From the NCBI GenBank assembly GCA_964187785.1, contig OZ076409.1:34350001-34414000 (forward strand): DNA of 64,000 nucleotides, in the 5' to 3' direction. The number at the start of each line of letters is the position of its first letter. Within the stretch, counting starts at the first letter, position 1. The position numbers and the translations under genes are program-made. The notes below the pieces were generated by a model, which worked only from the letters and a program-made list of their open reading frames with translations, ran no database searches and was not told the origin of the DNA. The stretch comes from Amphiscolops sp. MND2022 (Eukaryota). Of the stretch, positions 41,501 to 55,700 are shown piece after piece.

Positions 41501-44500
41501 GGGGTTTGATGTAGTAGGATAATTTAAGTGACGTACGGCTGCTAACGATTGACGTAGCGTATTGTAGTCAATAACGTCAGGATGACGCATAGGGCTTAAA
41601 GGCGATACAGGGCGGGGCAAGCGACTAGGCTGTGCACGAGGGGTCGTTATAGGGGTACTCGAACGAGGAGGTTGAAATGGGGTATTTATCTGAGATGGGC
41701 GAGGTATCAAAGATGGGGAACACAAAAGGTGTTGTCCCAGAGAAGATGAAAAGTGTAAAGGGTTTTGCGCAGAGGGCATGGAAAGGGGTTGAGAACCCGT
41801 AGAGGAGCCAGAATGGCTCATGCGTAGACGAGCATTATTGATTTCAGTTTCAGAAAAGCCTGAAAAGGTAGAGGAGTCAGAAAAAGATGGGTACAATGAG
41901 GTCGGTGCAGCAGCTAAAGATGGCTGCGCTTGTTGGGTAAAAGTAAGAGTGGTGGTCGACGGTACAAAAGGGACGTCCAAAACTTGCTCATAGTGATCAG
42001 AGTCACTAGAATGGTCAGAAGAAATATCCGTATAATATTGCAGGGGAGGTGGAAAAGCGAAGTGTTAGGACGCTCCATTTGCAAAGGGGGTCTCGGCTGT
42101 AAACGGGGCAGAGGGGGTAATTCTCTATGCTGAGGTCTAAGGGGGGCCGGAGCCACGGGCGGCGGTGCTTGTGGCGGTGCTGGTACTGGAGCTAGTGCTC
42201 GACGAGGAACGTAATAAAAAAGCACATTTGGAGTTTCACTAGGGTCACTTTCGTAATGGAAAGTTTTGTCAGAAAGAAGATCTGGGAGAGCTTCATCAAA
42301 AAGTGCCGGCTCTGAGACTGTTCTAGTAAAATCAGAATGTTCCGGAGTAAAATCAGCTGGATTTATGTGTGGCAAGTCATCCACAGTGTACTGAGGCTGG
42401 ATTGGACGAAGGCGAATCCGGTGAAAACATTGTGTGTTATGTGTTCCAACTTTACGGATAATGTAATTTGAATTTGTAAGAACAATTTCAACTCGATAAA
42501 GGGGGAGCCATTTCGTCAGTGATTTGCCCATATGGTCATTCACATTCGTTAGTTTAGGATTGAGCAAAAGACAATAACTGTGTTTTTTCAGCGGCGCTGC
42601 GGATGCTTTTCGGTCATAGAAATGACGGTATTTGTTATAAGCAGTTATCGTCGCATCGCGAGCAGCGGAAAAAAACTTCATTCATTTTATCTTGCACAGT
42701 GCTGGTAAAGTCATATTGAGTTTCTAACGTCTGTAAGAGCATATTGTTAAAACGTAAGTCCAACGGAGTGATTGGTTGGCGACCATGAAATAGGAAAGTA
42801 GGTGTACATCCTATCGTAGCATGGTAAGACGTGTTGTGGACAAACACTGCTAGATCTACATACGCATGCCAATCACGTTTAATGTGATTTTCATAAATTC
42901 CCAAGTACTGTTTAAGAGACGCATGGGTGCGCTCAATAGAACCCACTGTTTGAGGGTGTTTAACAGTAGCATAGTTTAAGTTAATCTCCAAAAGTTTGCA
43001 TAATTCTTGCATGATTTTTGCCGTAAACGCAGTTCCCATATCCGAGAGGATAATTTTAGGGAGATACGTCGTTCGCATGAAAATTTGAAACAATTGTTTC
43101 GCGATGTTGGGTGCACTAGCGTTTCGAAGAGGAATGGCAAAGAGATATTTGGTAAAAGTGTCTTTGGCTGTTAAAATGTGCGTAAAACCACCTGAGTCCG
43201 GTAGGCGACCGACTAAGTCAATTTGCAACATATCTCCAGGGAGAGATTTATCCGTAGCTAAGGACAACAAAGGAGGTTTTTGAGTGGCGTGCTTTACAGG
43301 TTTTACTTGTAGGCAAGACGAACAATTTTTGACATAGGCAGTTAGGGCTTCGACAAAGTTCGGAAAGTAAAAATATTGTCGAAAAAGTGTGGCTGTTTTA
43401 GTTATGCCTGAGTGGCCTGCGAATTTGCTATTATGAACCCGGTATAGAACTTCTTTACGTAAATGTTTGGGTACGACATATTGTCGGGTGATATTTCGGC
43501 CTGTGTGGTCAAAAAATTTCCGATAAAGGAGACCTTGGTGTAGCTCTAAACGATCAAAATGTTTCAAGTATTTAGCTAATTCTTGATTCATATATGGTGA
43601 AGGCGAAGGCGTTCCCTTTTCAAACCACGTCAAAACAGTTTGAATGTTAGGGTCTTGCAATTGTTCTTTTTGTAAATCCAGGGGATTCTTTTTGTCAGCT
43701 AGGTCAAAGGTATCTAAGGGGTTTGGTGCATGCAGAGCATTAAGAGTTGGAAGTGTGCCAGAAATGTCTTTATTAGTACACAAAATCGAGTACTCGAAAC
43801 GAAGAGAATTAAGCGTGTTATCAGGGACTTGCATTCCCATATTTAGGTGCACGTCAGCTACTGGAAGTTTCGAGTTGAACCGTAGTTCCAATTTCGTGTG
43901 CGGTTGTAAGTGAATTCGAGACAAATAATCTGCGGCGGCGTTCGCTTTTCCCGGTATGTGTCCTAAAACAAAGTTAAAGTTTAGGACATGATCAACGCAT
44001 GTCCAGAGACTGGAGGGAATAGTTTTCGCTTGGAAGAATCTCGTAAGACTCTTATTGTCAGTTAAAACTAAGACTGGTTTGGAGGAGCCCCAAAGAATGT
44101 GGGCAAAAGTGTCGAACGCAAAATGAACCGCTAGAAATTCTTTGGCATAAATAGAGAGTTTGAGATAAGTGGGCGTAAAAATTTTTGATCCAAAGGAAAC
44201 GGGTACATAGGTTTTAAATGTACTACCACTTTGGTCAGTAATGTAGTCCTCAATCATCAATACGTAACCTGCTGCGTAAAAGCTTGCGTCAGTGAGGATA
44301 ACGTATTGTGCGTCTGGTTTCGGTAGACGGAGTGACATCGTGCATGCTTGTTCTAAGTCTTTTCGTAACACTTCGATACTTTGGTGGTGTTCATCCGTTA
44401 ATATCATATCGTTCTCTTGACGAAGTAAGCGATAGAACGGAAGGAGTTCTTCCCCTAGTTTTGGAATAAAAGAGCGAAAATATTGGAAAAATCCAATAAA

Positions 44501-46689
44501 TCGTCTAATTTGTTTTGCTGTTTTAGGAACTTTCAGGGTAGACAGGAATTCCGATACTTTGGCTCTATTCGGAGACATTCCTTCACTTGTAATAGTGCTA
44601 CCTAGGAAAGTCATTTCTTTCAATCCAAATTCGCATTTTGATGGTGTAAATTTGAGACCTGTTTTTTCGACACAAAGGAAGATAGCTTCGAGGTGGCTTA
44701 GAAATTCATCAAACGTTCGTGCAGCTGTTCCTAAATCGTCCACGTATTGAAAGCACTGATCTGCTACAATACACGGGTACAGGTACTTTCTCATAAAGGA
44801 ACTGAAAGCGCTCACAGAACGGCTAAGTCCTTGTGCGAGACGAAGGTAGGCGAACGTGCGAGAAAGAAAATTAAACGACAGCAATTGTACCGAAAGTGGA
44901 TATGCCATTTGTAAGACATGATACGCCTGACTGCAATCTAACTTGGCAAAATATTTATTCCCAGCGAGATGTGCATTAACATCTGCTAATGTAGCAATGG
45001 GGAAGTTGTGATTGTCATAATCATGTCTGATTAAATGGTTGATCCGTCTCAAATCTACCAAAATTCGTAACTTACCAGAGGGCTTGCGGACAGCGAAAAT
45101 AGGCCTGGAGTATTTTGAATACGTTAGTGTGGTGATGATACCCCAGTATTGAAGCAAAGCGAGTTCGACTAAGACTTCGTCACGGTAGTGAATCGGTGTT
45201 GGAGGCCCTTGTGTGTACATCGGTTTATCATTTTCCGGAGTGAGTTTAACTTTAAACTCCTCATTTGCACCGATATCTAAGCGGTGGCGGGCAAAGATGT
45301 AGTGAAACCGAAGTAACAACTGTTCGACTTTTGTTTTTTGTTCAGTAGTGAAAATGGAATTCTGCCATGGAAATTGTTCTAAAAATTGCTTACGATGTTC
45401 GTCGTTTGTAATCGGATCAAGGTTCTCTTTTGCTCGTAGTGCAACGATTTCATCATTGATTCGTTTGTTGATTCCAGTTAATAGTTCAGGGTGCAAACAA
45501 ATTTCCGGAGTAGGGAACCAGAGTCCATCCGATGAGGGATAAACTTTGGTGCCTGTATCCGCAATCAAAGTATTGACGCTTTTGGAAAAATGTTCCGAAA
45601 GAAGAGCAGGACTTACGGGTTGCAAGTACTGCGCCTGTTTGGCTGTTAAAATGGTAACTTTGGCGATTGACGCGTTTTTTGAAACAGTAACTTTGTGTGG
45701 GAGAATATTTAAAATTCCTAAAGAGACTTGTTTCTTTTCGTTGAATTTCACTATTGCGCTTGTGACGCAAAGTCCGGTTTCTTTTTCAAACCTAGGATTA
45801 GGTTCAACTATCGCGACTGTTCCTTCAGGGAAGGCTTCCGTCGAAAGGGTGCAAGTTAAAATTTCCGAAGAGTTAGGGTTTACAGTCAATGACTGAGTTG
45901 AGTGGAGAAAAAGGTTCTTTTTCTGTGTTAGTGAACTAACTTTTCCGTCTTTGTGGATACGTTCGGTTAGTTGAATGGTTAAGTTAGGCAATTTCAACGT
46001 TCTGGTTTTAGGGTGTATTACTATATCGTGTTTTTCAAAGAACGGTAGACCTAAAATTGTCTGATTCATTGATTTCATCAAGATAAAGGTTTCAGTAAAA
46101 GGCTCATTAGCAATTTTAAAGTGGGCTTTAAAAGTTCCAAAAGTGGTTACTGAAGCTCCATTAGCGACTTTAACAGTGCTTGTTTCTGGATTATAATTAG
46201 TTATAGATGACGGGCAATTTTTTTGGAGTTTTTCAAAAATGTTTAGTGGCATAGCACTTGAAAATGCTCCTGTGTCAATAAGAGCTTTCACAGGGAAAGA
46301 AAAATGAATTGGAACTGAAAAAAGGGAGGTGCGAGGTTTAGTGGAGAGGACATTTATGGAGTTAGAAAAGGAAGAAGATATAGAAGAATTAGGAGATAAA
46401 GGGTTACGGGTTAAGTGTGGCTCACCTAGTTTTTTTGGTTCTGATTGTTTTGTGTGGCACCATATGGGTTCGACCACGGAGATACCATTGTATAGGGTTG
46501 CCAAACTTGTTGTTGGGGCTGTTGCATCATCGGCGGCTGCATATTTTGGTATTGGAATGCTTGAGTTGTCATTTGGTTATAAGGGAGAGCTGCAGGTCCT
46601 CCCGGTGGGTTGCGAAACCAACACTTGGACGGAGGGTGTCCAAAGCGATTACAAATGTTGCAATGTATACGGCCAGAGCGTGCGTATTG

Positions 46690-46720
<31 letters not shown>

Positions 46721-49700
46721 CTGGGCTGATTGTTTTGGTTTCTATTTTTCCAGTTCTGGTTCCGGTTTTGCCAGTTTTGATTTTTGTTCTGGTTATTTTT
46801 CTGGTTGTTAGGGCGCTGCTGGTTGTTATTATTATTATTACCGCGCTGATTGAAGTTGCGGTTGTTTTGCTGTTGATTTTGATTATTAAGTACAGGAGTA
46901 AGACTTTCTATCATTTGCTTCATTTCCGTAGAGAGCTTACTTGTTTCCTGTTTCAGCGTATCCTGGGCCTTGGACAACTCGTGGATGCCAGCAAGTAGGT
47001 CCTTAGTGGAGAAACTACTTCTCGTTGAAGGCACTATCGTCGTCTTCGGGATAAAGACGATCAACTATCATCCTACTCGCGGCTTTCGAGCAAAGATCCT
47101 CTACTGTGGTTTCATCGGGCTGTGTGAGAAGAAATCGCTTGATTTTCGTGGGCATTCCTTTTATGAAAGCCTCTTTGATTCTTCGATTTCTCTCCTGGGC
47201 GCGATCTTCAGCAACTACAGCGGGTCGTCCGCCAGCAGCAGCACGAGCTGCGACATCTGGGTATGCTTCAATTGCGAGTCGTTGCAGGTCCGTCAAGAAG
47301 TCCTGTGCACTTTCGTCTGATGTCTTCATCTTCCTAGCTTGGAAGAGCAGTTTTTGGAGTTGAACACGCTGATAATTAAGATAGCGTTCACGAAGAGCTG
47401 GAATGGCGACATCGTAGTCGTTCCGTGTTGCGTCTGGCTGTTGGTCAAAGAATGACAATGCTCCTCCTTTCAAATGGAGGTGTAGATATCTATGGCGATC
47501 TGCATTTGCTATTCCTGCGACATGCATACAACTCTCGAGTTGTCTAATAAATTCTTCCAAATTTTCTTTTTCGGTGCCTTTGAAAGGCTGTAAATTAACA
47601 AAGGGCTGAATAGCGCCATAGTGAGAAACTACAGCAGGCAATTGTGAGTGTTATAGGAGGTTATTGTTCAAATTATTTCAAGCAGCATTGAGTGTTTTCA
47701 AGTATGTGAAGAGTAGTGTGAAGAGTTTTTACAATATCAGCATTATCGCGAGTTTCAAGTGAAGTGGTCGTTGCGAGGATTAAATCGATTGAGTTTTTCT
47801 ATCGTGTTCTTTTTAATTGAAACGATTTACTGCGTTGAAGGTTGAACGAGGAAAGGAGATGACTCCTGTCACCATGTGATGACAGTGCCCGAGCGGTGAG
47901 GCAGCTAACATTATTTTAGTGATTTCTGTATTAGTTTCTTGAAGAGATTTTGTATCTTGGAATTGAGAGTTCTACTCCTTTCGCTCTTGATAGATTCTAA
48001 TAAGAGAAGAAGATTGATTATGAAACGTGAATTTAGTTATAAAATCAGATGACATTCTAAGAGCATGAGATAACGTAGTTATGCTTAAGAAGCGTTTCAA
48101 TCAAGTGACTTCTGTTCTGTCTCATATCTTGAGTGTCTATCGTTTCTTCTTGTGGCACTTCGATCCCATTGGTCCGCGTCTGTGATTGGCTGTTGCGGCT
48201 TGACTTCGAATTTTTGTAGTGTATATTTTCAGGACTATGATATCTCATGACCATAGTCATGACACCTATTTTCGAGTAAACCAGGTTCCTTTCATAACAA
48301 TCTTTGATTCAGACCAAATTCATTGTGTAATGGAATGCCATGGGGAGCTGAATCAAAAACATTTAGATTTTACAAATATCGATTCTCGGGTATAATTAAT
48401 TCTCGGGTACGAAGCTTAATAGCAATCTCAGGGCATCTCTTACATAGTATATCACGTTTGTCGGGGAAAAACAAACAGACCAAAATGCCGGAGAACTAAT
48501 CATGAAAAAGTATGAATACTGTGATAGGGAAACGTACTTGCTGGTACTCAGCTTCGGAGTTGAATGCGTATTTGGACCTGGCCTGCGAGGACTGACACTC
48601 GGAGAGGCTCTTTCTCAGCTGTTCGTTCTCCGTCCTGAGTTTGTTCATGTCTGGCAGCAGTCTGCCCAACTCCCTTTCTAACCTGCCACTCTTATCTTCG
48701 TACTTCGAAGCCTAATAAAGAGTTTTAGATTTTGAATTTTCATCATTTTACTGGTTCAAGTTTCCCACATTTTTGGAATGCCTAATTTTCCAAACTAAAG
48801 ACTTTCTTTGAAGCGGAAATTATTTCAAAGGAGTTTTAAAAATGTCAAATTTCATCAAAATGCCAATATATTTTTTTTGCGCAGGAAGTCGAAAAGAAGC
48901 TATTTTGTTCATAAAAATTGTTCCTCAATTCATCACCATGAATTTGATGAAATCAGCTGTATGAGACGAAAAACGAAAAAAACTGCCAAAATCTCTGAGC
49001 CAAATGAAAACTATTCTGAAAATTTAAAAGCCAACTATCTTCAATTTTTGTAATGGTGTTGTCTTCATTTTTGTAAAACGCGGTCTTCGTCAAGCCTTCA
49101 GACACTCTAAGTAGAAGTTCACATACCTTTTCCTGTGATTTATGTAATGAAGTTTTGCACGATTCCAAAGATTTCGTGAGCTCTTTGGTTTTGTCCCCGA
49201 TGTTGTCGAGCTGAAACGAACTCATTTCAAATTTCGAATTGAAATAGAATGGAGACTAGCAATAGTGATTTATAAGTATACTAACTTCCTGAGCTCTATC
49301 AGAGGCTGCTATTTTCAGTTTGTGAATCACTCGCTCTTGTTCATCCAGCTGAAAGGAGGGCAAGAAATAACCATAAATGAAACGCCGGTTGAATTTTTCA
49401 TTTTAACCAGTTTTCAGATGTATTATACGTTTTGCTGTACGCAAAAGTTCAGATACGAACAAATTAATAATTAGAAGATATTAACAATAACAAGAAATTG
49501 AAGATCTTACTTCGGCCATTGCCGCATCTCTATGTTCTTGCAAGGATAGAACCTCCCTCCTCAGCTTCTGAATTGTGTCGTCTCGCCGAGCAAGCTAGAA
49601 AAAGCAACAGAAAACATTCACGTCATATGATCAACCCAGGGCTAACCTTAATCTCTAAATCAAACTTTCTATTGAATAAAAAAAGGTTGAACCTCTAATT

Positions 49701-52700
49701 TCAAAATGCAGGGTTGAATTAATGGGTCTCACCTCGGATTTGAGCAGATCTTTATGGTTATGAGTCGCATTGGTAGCCTCCTTCAATCTATTCTGCAACA
49801 TGCCAATCTCCTCAACACCCTTCGCGGCCTCTTCTCTTGCGCAATTCAATTCCTCTTCCAACAATTTCACTCTCCTCTCGCAATGCTGTGAGTCATACAC
49901 TGCCTGGCGATGGAGAGCCTTGGCATCGGTGATCTCGGCTCTGAGGTCATTAATCATGGATTCCAGCTTCTGCGAGTGACTGTTTGCGGTAGCCTCATTG
50001 TGTTGGGCTCTTTGCACAGACTGGGTCGAAGCCAGACACTCTTCTTCTTTGGAGGCAAGAGAACGATGAAGATCTGTGATGTCACGGTTCAACTTCAGAA
50101 CTTCCGCTTCTTTTTCGGTTAGCTGTAAACACAAATTAGATTTTATAAACTTACCTGAACTACAAAACTTGTTTGGGTTACTACTCAATGAAAATTTCGT
50201 TAAGAAACAACATATTTTGTTGAGAAATCAGAAGATGAAATGTCATTAGCAAGCCTCCGACTAAGCACCAGACTATTATTCGCTTTGAAATGCATTGGTA
50301 CAGCTGCAGTACACGAAATTTTTGACGCTTTCCGAAACGCAACATCCACAGAGTACAAAATTAGATTGCTTGGCCATGGCAAATGAAACAAGCCGGGAAC
50401 GGCATAAGTCGGCGCCATATCTAAGGCTCAAAAATAGCAAAAGGACTTCAAAGTGTCAAGTATTCTCTTTTACAGTACCCGAAAAACCCAAAGTTGGACC
50501 GAATTAGCGCGCTAAAGGGGACCCTTTGGAAATTTTTTTAACATCCATTGTTGCAAAACATCAAAAAAATGAAGGGGGACCCTTTGGGGAAATTCTTTTT
50601 TTCATGAAAAAAGTCTCACAAAGCCGAAAAAACTGAAAGGGGGCCCTTTAGTCTCTCTCGGTATCGTATGTTACGCGGAAAAAGAGGAAAAACATTTTTG
50701 GTTCAGTTCGCTGGGCCAAATGATTCAATTTGGGACCATAAAATTCCGTAGAACTTTTAACTATTTTGGTCAGTTCGTGTGGATTGAAAAAAAACAAAGT
50801 CACTATAATAGTCGCGTTTCACTTCATGAAGCGTCGACTAAAAAACTGCTGAGAGGGATTTTTTCTATATACCTTCTTGTAAAACAAAAACAAGACGGGA
50901 ACGTCTAAAGTCGGCGCTATATCTAAGGCTCAAAAAGCGCAAAACATTTTTTTTGAAAAAAACTTGAACATTTTGAATTTTTTTCTTTCGGAAAATGTCG
51001 CACAGTGCCGAAAAATGTAGGAGGAGGACCCTTTGGGATTTATTAACATACATTCAGTTGCAAAATATCAAAAAGCTTGAAGGGGGGACCCTTTGGGGAC
51101 ATTAGAAATTTTCGAAAAAAAGTCGCACAGTGCCGAAAAAAATCCAGTCCCCCTTTAGTGCCGTCCGGTTTTGTAGGTCACGTGTAAAAAGTAAAAAACC
51201 GAAGGGGGGATCTTTTGGAATAACTTAGATGCGTTTCCCGGGTATTCGTTCAGTTTCTTTAGTTGAACGTTAACGTTCGTCGCTTCGAGTCTGTCTTGAA
51301 AAAAAGAAAAAAAAACGAGTGACTGTAATAGTCGGGCTCTTTTATTAATAAAAGCGCCTACTAAAAACTCATTTAACATAACGTATCCTAAAATACCTAC
51401 AAACTGATTTGATTATCAATTATAATCAATGAATATTATCATTTCAGAACAAACTAGACTAAGGTGATCTTGACTTAAACTGAATTTGGTTTAGTTTGAT
51501 GAATTGCCAAGTTCAACGCCCAAGAATGCGAACGCTGTCATAACAATAGCAGATCATGTTTTAATTACATTGTTTTCTATCGTACCTTAATGCTGGGTTA
51601 TTCGTTCAAGAAACAAAAAAGTTACCTCTTCCTTGGCCTTAGCACTTTGTTCTTCTGCGAGTCTGATATCCTGTCTGAGATTGAAGATCACTACCTCTTG
51701 TCCAGTCCTGTCCCCGTTGATTAACAGCCGACTGTCTCGCTCCTCCCTCTGACGAAGCTCTTCGTGGTTCTGCTTCAAAAGTGTCATCTGAAGAGCAAAA
51801 TTTCAGGATTTATTGATCAGCTTTTGAAGCACTATTGATAACAAATACCATGGTAATGATGCGTTAATCATTACTTCAACTTATTCAGTGGTAATTTACG
51901 ACCGAGAGCATCAATAAAAACCCTTTAAAATAGCGAGTTAAAATTCATTGTGAGAAATAAAATTGAACAAGACGGGAACGTCTAAAGTCGGCGCTATATA
52001 GAAGGCTCAAAAAGCGCAAAGTTTTTTTAAATATGCCCAGGACGTATTCATGAAAACCTTGAAAACAGCTTCGAGACACCCAAAGTGTGCCTTTCATGCT
52101 CGATATGACTGGAAATCACTTTTCCCCCGACTGGGAACAAAAATTTGAAATTTTTGAATTTTTTTCTTTCGGAAAATGTCGCATAGTGCCGAAAAATGAA
52201 AAGGGGGACCCTTTGGGATTCATTAACATACATTCTGTTGCAAAATATCAAAAACTCGAAGGGGGGACTCTTTTGAGACATTAAAAAATTTTCGAAAAAA
52301 AATTCACACAGTGCCGAAAAAAAATTGAAAAGGGGGACCCTTTGGTCTCGTCCGGTTTTGTAGGTTACGTAAAAAAGGTAGAAAATGAAAGGGGGACCCT
52401 TTGCACTAAGTTTGCATTGGCCGGATTTGGCCTGAGTAGTTTTAGTAGTTTCTGTAAAAAGTGGTACATACACGATGAGGTCTGTGGTCTGACGCAAAAA
52501 AAACAAGACGGGAACGTCTAAAGTCGGCGCTATATCTAAGGCTCAAAAAGCTCAGAGTTTTCTAAATATGCCCAGGATGTATTCATGAAAAGCTTTGAAA
52601 ACACTTTCGAGACACCCAAAGTGTGCCTTTCATGCTCGATATGACTGGAAAATCACTTTTCCCGACTGGAAACAAAAAAAATTTTGAAATTTTTTTTGAA

Positions 52701-55700
52701 AATTTTTTTTTGAAAATTTTTTTTTGAAAAAAACTTTGAAAACGTCGCATAGTGCCGAAAAGGGGGGACCCTTTGGGATTCATTAACATACTTTCTGTTG
52801 CAAAATATCAAAAAATCCGAAGGGGGGACTCTTTTGAAAAATTAAAAATTTTCGAAAAAAAAAATTCGCACAGTGCCGAAAAAAAATTGAAAGGGGGACC
52901 CTTTGGAGTCTTCCGGTTTTGTAGGTTACGTAAAAAAGGTAAAAACGAAAGGGGGGACCCTTTGCAGTAAGTTTGCATTGGTCGAACTTGGCCTGAGTGA
53001 ACTTATCAGTTTCTGTAAAAAGTGGTACATACGCGATGAGCTCTGTGGTCTAACGAAAAAAAAAAGAAAAAAAAACTAGCCACTGTAATAGTCGGGCTTT
53101 TTTCCTTAAAGGAAAATGCGCCGACTAAAAACTAGCCACTGTAATAGTCGGGCTCTTTTCACTAGAAAAGCGCCGACTAAAAACTGGGTTTACAGCATTT
53201 GGCAACTAGCTCGCTGTTGTGAAACAGGAAATTAGAATTGATTTTTTACAGTTGACAATCATGTGAGAAATTGTCCAAGTGGAAAAGTTCACCTCTCGAA
53301 GAATTTGTTCAGCATCCAGTTGGCCCTGTTCCAGTTTCTTCTCCAGGTTGTCAATCATCTCGTCTCTTTCTTGGACCTGTTGTTCCAGGTAGCGGATCTG
53401 AGAGTTTACTGAGTTCATGGCAGTCGCACTAAAACAAACAATTAGTTCCACCGGAGTTGGAATGCGACAAAGAAAAAATAAGTATAACAGCCAAAACAAT
53501 AGGCAGCTAACATTAGAATATTCAAAGAGTGCGTTAGAAAATCGCAGTTTTTGACAGATTTTCAACATTGCCAGGGAAATTGCACCGTAAGTATACTGCA
53601 AGCTCAATTTATTGATTTAAAATTGGTAAACTGAACTAAAAGATACGAAAACTATTGACAATATGCTAAATATAGCATCAAATGAAAGTCGTGTGCAAGT
53701 AAATACCAACATTCCAAGAAACTATAGTATATTCACATACTCACCGAATACGTCGATTTAGTAAGGCAAGGCTAAAGTAGGAAACGTTAGTTGGTGTTCA
53801 CATTTCGAAACTAAATTTTCAGTGATTTCTCTTGATCCGCAGAAAACAGCTAGCAGAAAATGGCACTAATCATCAGCAACTGGATTTTAGAGACCTAACC
53901 GAAGTCAGAGTAACAAAAGTGAAATTGGTTAAAATGTTCAGACATTTTACGCTTCAGTCAACAAACAAACCTTTCGTCGAAAATGCTGGACAGGTCTTCC
54001 TCGTTCACTGTTCTGAAGCTAACTCCGACTAACTGAAAAATAAAGAGAGAGCATTAAATGGCAGTTTTGGCTGATACACTCGAACTGCCACCAATTGGCA
54101 CCCCGCATACTTAATTTTAATCTTGATAGGTGATAGGCAAAATATGCAAATAGGCAATATTGAAATGAATTCTTCATCATTATACAACAAGCGGGGAATG
54201 GCCCAAGTCGGTGCCATATCTAAGGCTCAAAAACAGCAAAAGGAGTTCAAAGTGTCAAGTATTCTCTTTTACAGTACCCGAAAAACCCAAAAGTTGGGCC
54301 GAATCGGCGCGTTAAAACGGGGACCCTTTGAGATTTTTCATCCATTCTGTCGCAAATCATCAAAAAATTGAAGGGGGACCCTTTAAAAAAAGTTTTAACT
54401 CTATAGAAATAATAGGGACCGCGCGTACTGAAACCGTGATATGGTGTAAAGAGATATAGAATTTTTTTGCCCTTAGTACATGGAAGGCATGTCAGTGAAA
54501 AGAGTTTGGGTGTCAATACGCTGCAAGCTGCAGAGCCTCCTTACAGTGTCAATAGCGGTCCCATAAAATAAATTTGGAAAACATCGGTAAGTGGAGGGTA
54601 ATTTATAAATTAGGACAGTGTATCTCAAATTTTATTGATCGTCGGAAATTATTTGGTTTCATGATAAGCACCCGAGGGATTGTCAAATTTATGACAGCCC
54701 TCCCTCGTGAACTATAGCACTGATGGATGACTCTACGATAGCTTGTTGGCGGCGTGTCGCTCTGCAGCCTCTGAGACAGAGGACGGAACTACGTAGAAGG
54801 GCAAAACTTATCTTGGTTCTAATGTAGCTAATCGCGTTGGCGTAGCTTTCTGATCCTTTTTCGTTGATTTTCGCAGCTAGTCGGGTAATTACTTTTGTGG
54901 CTGATGGTCCAGCGCCACCTGTACATGCAAAAATTAGGGGGTTAAAGGTGCTTTTTTCCACATTTATGATTCTGGACTCGTATTTGAGTTTCTTTTGAGA
55001 TTCATGGAATTTATACGCTTCGTTGACATTTTTGGGACATGTTCTAGCGAGCGGGTTAAAGATCTTGACGTCGAAAAAAGTTCTACAGAAACGAGAATCC
55101 CAAAGTCCGTTTGCTTTAATGTCTAATCTCGCCTCATCTTCAGTTGTTGTTGTTTTATGAACGAAGGACTCACCTTCCAAAGGCTGAAGTTTTGGCTCAA
55201 TTTCAACATCATAGCAGACTTCTTTCATGACGGAGGCGAACGTGTCGCGAATTTCGTTGTGTCGCATCTGGGTGTACCCTCCTTTGTTGCATTGGAGGGA
55301 ATGCGAGAGACTGAAAAGCTCTCCACAGGGACACAATGCCGGTGTTTTCAGTGGTTCCCACCCATAGCGCAGGGCCAAACCGTCGCGGAATTCCGTTTTC
55401 GTTAAATCAAAGTGATATCGTTTGAGTGGCAGCGTGTTAAGCCAGCTTGATGCACCTTTTTCAATTGACAGATCTAGTGCATACCGTTGATTTTCATCGA
55501 GTTTTTCTTTCAAAACTGATATCTTTTCCTTAATTTTTGTGGACTTTTCTTTTCTAATCTGTTTCACGATTAAAGACTGTTGAGTTTCCGGGTCATCGTC
55601 GTTGTCTAAACAAGCTGCCATTTGTCTCGACCAGTTCAATTCTTCTACTCTGTCTTGAGGATGTACTATGTTAAGTCCACCGTCCCTTACAGGCAGGGAA

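Larger units (their letters stand above)
34632..48264 (-). mobile_element. Full-length env-bearing Ty3/Gypsy LTR retrotransposon (errantivirus-like organisation), 13.6 kb, intronic, same orientation as the host gene
   Basis: Two 390 bp LTRs (TG...CA), 5 bp TSD CCTAT at 34627-34631 and 48265-48269, PBS, gag, pol in PR-RT-RH-IN order, and env. Confidence 0.97.

Noticed and set aside
46329..46998. Plus-strand ORFs with poly-Cys and poly-Val
   Set aside because: Antisense read-out of the gag (AAC)n tract.
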